Origin: Mobula hypostoma
Taxonomy: Eukaryota
NCBI RefSeq assembly: GCF_963921235.1
Contig: NC_086097.1
Location: 201,998,001-202,062,000 of the forward strand
Length of the DNA stretch: 64,000 nucleotides
Direction of reading: 5' to 3'
A model generated the notes under the pieces. It saw only the letters and a program-made list of their open reading frames with translations. It was not told where the DNA came from and made no database searches. This document shows, one piece after another, positions 61,320 through 64,000 of the stretch (its first letter is position 1; every line of letters starts with the position of its first letter). The position numbers were made by a program, and so were the translations under genes.

Positions 61320-64000
61320 TGTGGTCCTATGCCACTTAGTTAGCCATTCCCACATGGGAGGAGTTCACATATTATACAAGCAGTGTTACAATAAAATTCA
61401 GTTGAATATCCTGCATTCTGCTGGCACCCTCGTGGTCTCTGTACTATCTCTCAGAGTGGCTGATCGTTGAATTTGTACTACAGACCGAAGGAGATCCTCA
61501 ACAAGAAAATATTTACAGTAAGACTGTTCTTGTTCATATATCTAGGAAAAATATCCTAAGTCTTATCAACCTACACTGCCTCTGCTAGTTGTTACCTGTA
61601 TACACCCAGAGACCTGGCCAGGGTTGCTAAGCAATGCCTTCAAGCTGCACACAAAAGCAGATGCATTGTAAGAATCTGTGGACCACTAGACTGGGGAAGT
61701 GCACAGAGACACAGACACAGTACAGAAGTCAGTCAAACTCTCAGGCAGAGAGGAAAGAAGATTTTTGTAGTCAAAGTAATTAAAACAATACATAAACAGG
61801 AAAACGGAGCAAATACCTGCAGTACCTACATATACTTACCTAATAAAGCCCCACTCCCCAAGACATTTGATTTCTCTAAATCAGGAGACTTTGAGAGATG
61901 GCGCAGACACTTTTGAGAGATTTGTGCTTGCAAGCAATTTCACTCAGGCTTCCGAAGAGCATCAAGTAAACACAATGACATACTGCATAAGTGACAAGCC
62001 AGATGACATCAGATTATGACTAACAGGTCCTCAGGAAAAGGAGCACAAAAACGGTGCAGGACAAATTCAAAGAATATTTTCCAGGAAAGCACAAGACGAG
62101 ACGAAACATGTGCAGTGAGAAATACTACAGAAAGAGGGAACGGTAGAGCTCAGTTCAAACAATAGCAAGCAAAACAAAGAGCAGATAAAATGTCCAACTG
62201 CAAAAGATGCGGCAAGTGGCCATTCCATGTCAAAGGGGTTTGTCCAGCAAAAGAAGTGAAATGCCACCTATGCAATAGAGTTGCCCATTATAAAAACCAG
62301 TGCCACTCAAAAACAGTTCTTCAGGAGGTCAAAGAAGAGCGTGACTCAGACAAAGAGAGAGCCTTCCTTTGGGCTCTAGATTCAAATAGACAAGACTGGT
62401 GTACTATGATTCAGTTGCAAAATGAGACCGTGATGTTCAAAATGGACACTGGGGCAGATGTCACAGCCATTCCCGAATGACTGTTCACAAAACTGGTGAA
62501 GAAAACATGCATTATGCTAAACCCAACAAAGAAAGTGCTCATAAGGCCAAGGAAACATAAGCTCAATGTGAAAGGAATGTTTACTACTTCCATCTGTAAT
62601 AAAATGAGACAGATAATAGAGGATGTCTATGTTATTCAAAATATCTTCTGTCACACTACTGGGATGACATGCTGTCGAGCAGCTGAACCTCATTGAAAGG
62701 TTGGATTTACTCAACAATGTTCAGTGACAGGAGAAGTGCCCGGGGTTGTTCACAGGCCTGGAGTACTGAAAGAAGAATACCTTATCCAACTGAGGTCAGG
62801 AGTGACATCCCACTCTCTGACCATAACTAGGCATATACCATTCCCACTGACAAACAAAGTAAAAGCTAAATTTGAGAGAATAGAGATGCTTGTCATGATA
62901 ACTAGAGTGAATGAACCTACTGACTGGTATGCAGGCATTGTTCCTGATCCCAACTTAGATGGCACAGCAAGGATCTGTGTTGATCTAACAAAATTGAATA
63001 CTACAGCAAGATGGGAGAAGTTTAATCTAGCCTCTTTTGAGCACACATTGGGGATGCTGGGTAGAGCAAAGTTCTTCACCAAACAAGATGCAAATTTAGG
63101 GTTCTAGCAGATCCATTTAGCACCTGAGTCACAGAGGGTGACAGCATTTATAATACCATACAGACACTAAGCCTTCAAGAGTCTCCCTTTTGTCATCTCT
63201 TCAGCCTCTGAACTCTTTCAGATGAGGATGAACTAAATTTTGGAGGGACTGGAAGGAATAGTCTACCACATAGATGATATACTCATCTTTAGAGGCTCAA
63301 GTAAGGAACATGACAACAATGGAAGCTGCCTTGGAGAAACTGAAACAGGCTGGAATCACCCTGAGCAAAAAGAAATGCAAATTTGCAGAGTTGGAGGTGA
63401 AGTTCGTAGGCCACCAACTGTTCTCAGAGGAATTGCAATGAGTTTCAGACAAACTGGCAGAAGTTGGGAACATGGAACAAACTTCAAATGTATTAGAGTT
63501 ATGGATGGAACTTATTACACAGTTCCATCCATAATGCCTCACCAGATACGTTTGCCAGTTTGTCCTTTAGCAGCGAATCATCAAGAATGATGTAAGAGTC
63601 TTTTTCAAGCCAGTAAAGTCTGAGTTCATGAGCTCCTTTTTGAACAGCTGGCCATCCACACTCACAGTACAGCATGACTTTCCTGCAGATTTGGTGCTTC
63701 TTCAACTCAGTGCAAATTTCATCTAGTTTACTCTGTGATGCAGGAAAGCTTTCACGTACTTGAGCTAGGTAGACATTGGTATCTTCCATGAAGTGGTATC
63801 CATCCACACACTTTTGCATGGTACCTTCAACAGTGTCTGGTGGTGTGAAAGATTTGCCAGTGACATGTTCAATGTCATAACAGTATTCCATAAGCCTCAT
63901 TCTGAATCTTCACAGACGTGGACCCAAGTCATCCAAGTGTTTCAAGCTGAGGACACTGACAAGTGGCTTGTGGTTTATTTCAAGTAGTAATTTAGTGTGT
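61320..64000 (+). mobile_element. Gypsy LTR retrotransposon (Mag-like), decayed, with the distal pol part inverted
   Basis: Candidate LTR at 61320-61482 (TGTGGT...ACTACA, contains AATAAA). Gag knuckles CKRCG..H...C and CHLCNRVAHYKNQC, protease FKMDTGADV, RT motifs RICVDLTKLN and IDDILI. Minus-strand ORF 63499-63900 (RLMEYCYDIEHVTGK) is the RNaseH-end/linker. Confidence 0.88.

Overview
Vertebrate genomic DNA. The repeat content (V-SINEs, CR1, Rex1/Babar, RTE and Penelope-like elements) points to a cartilaginous fish, probably a ray; this is inferred, not searched. The window lies inside NOL4 (nucleolar protein 4) on the minus strand. Two internal coding exons are clear: 49645-49756 (112 nt) and 39250-39362 (113 nt), with AG/GT sites and a continuous frame. 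The flanking NOL4 exons were not found. The rest is intron, mostly decayed and often nested transposons: many Rex1/Babar and CR1 LINEs, RTE, Penelope-like elements, SINEs, a Buster-type hAT with an 8-bp TSD, Tigger/mariner remnants, a TIR element with a possible 6-bp TSD, and a broken Gypsy element. Almost all ORF-track entries are TE fragments or noise. I cannot support a complete new biological system. The best leads are two twin-priming-like 5' inversions in non-L1 elements, decayed hammerhead-like cores at Penelope ends, a bipartite non-autonomous retroelement, and inverted CR1 copies around a 225-nt, stop-free NOL4 exon pair. TE boundaries are read by eye and are approximate unless a TIR or TSD is quoted.
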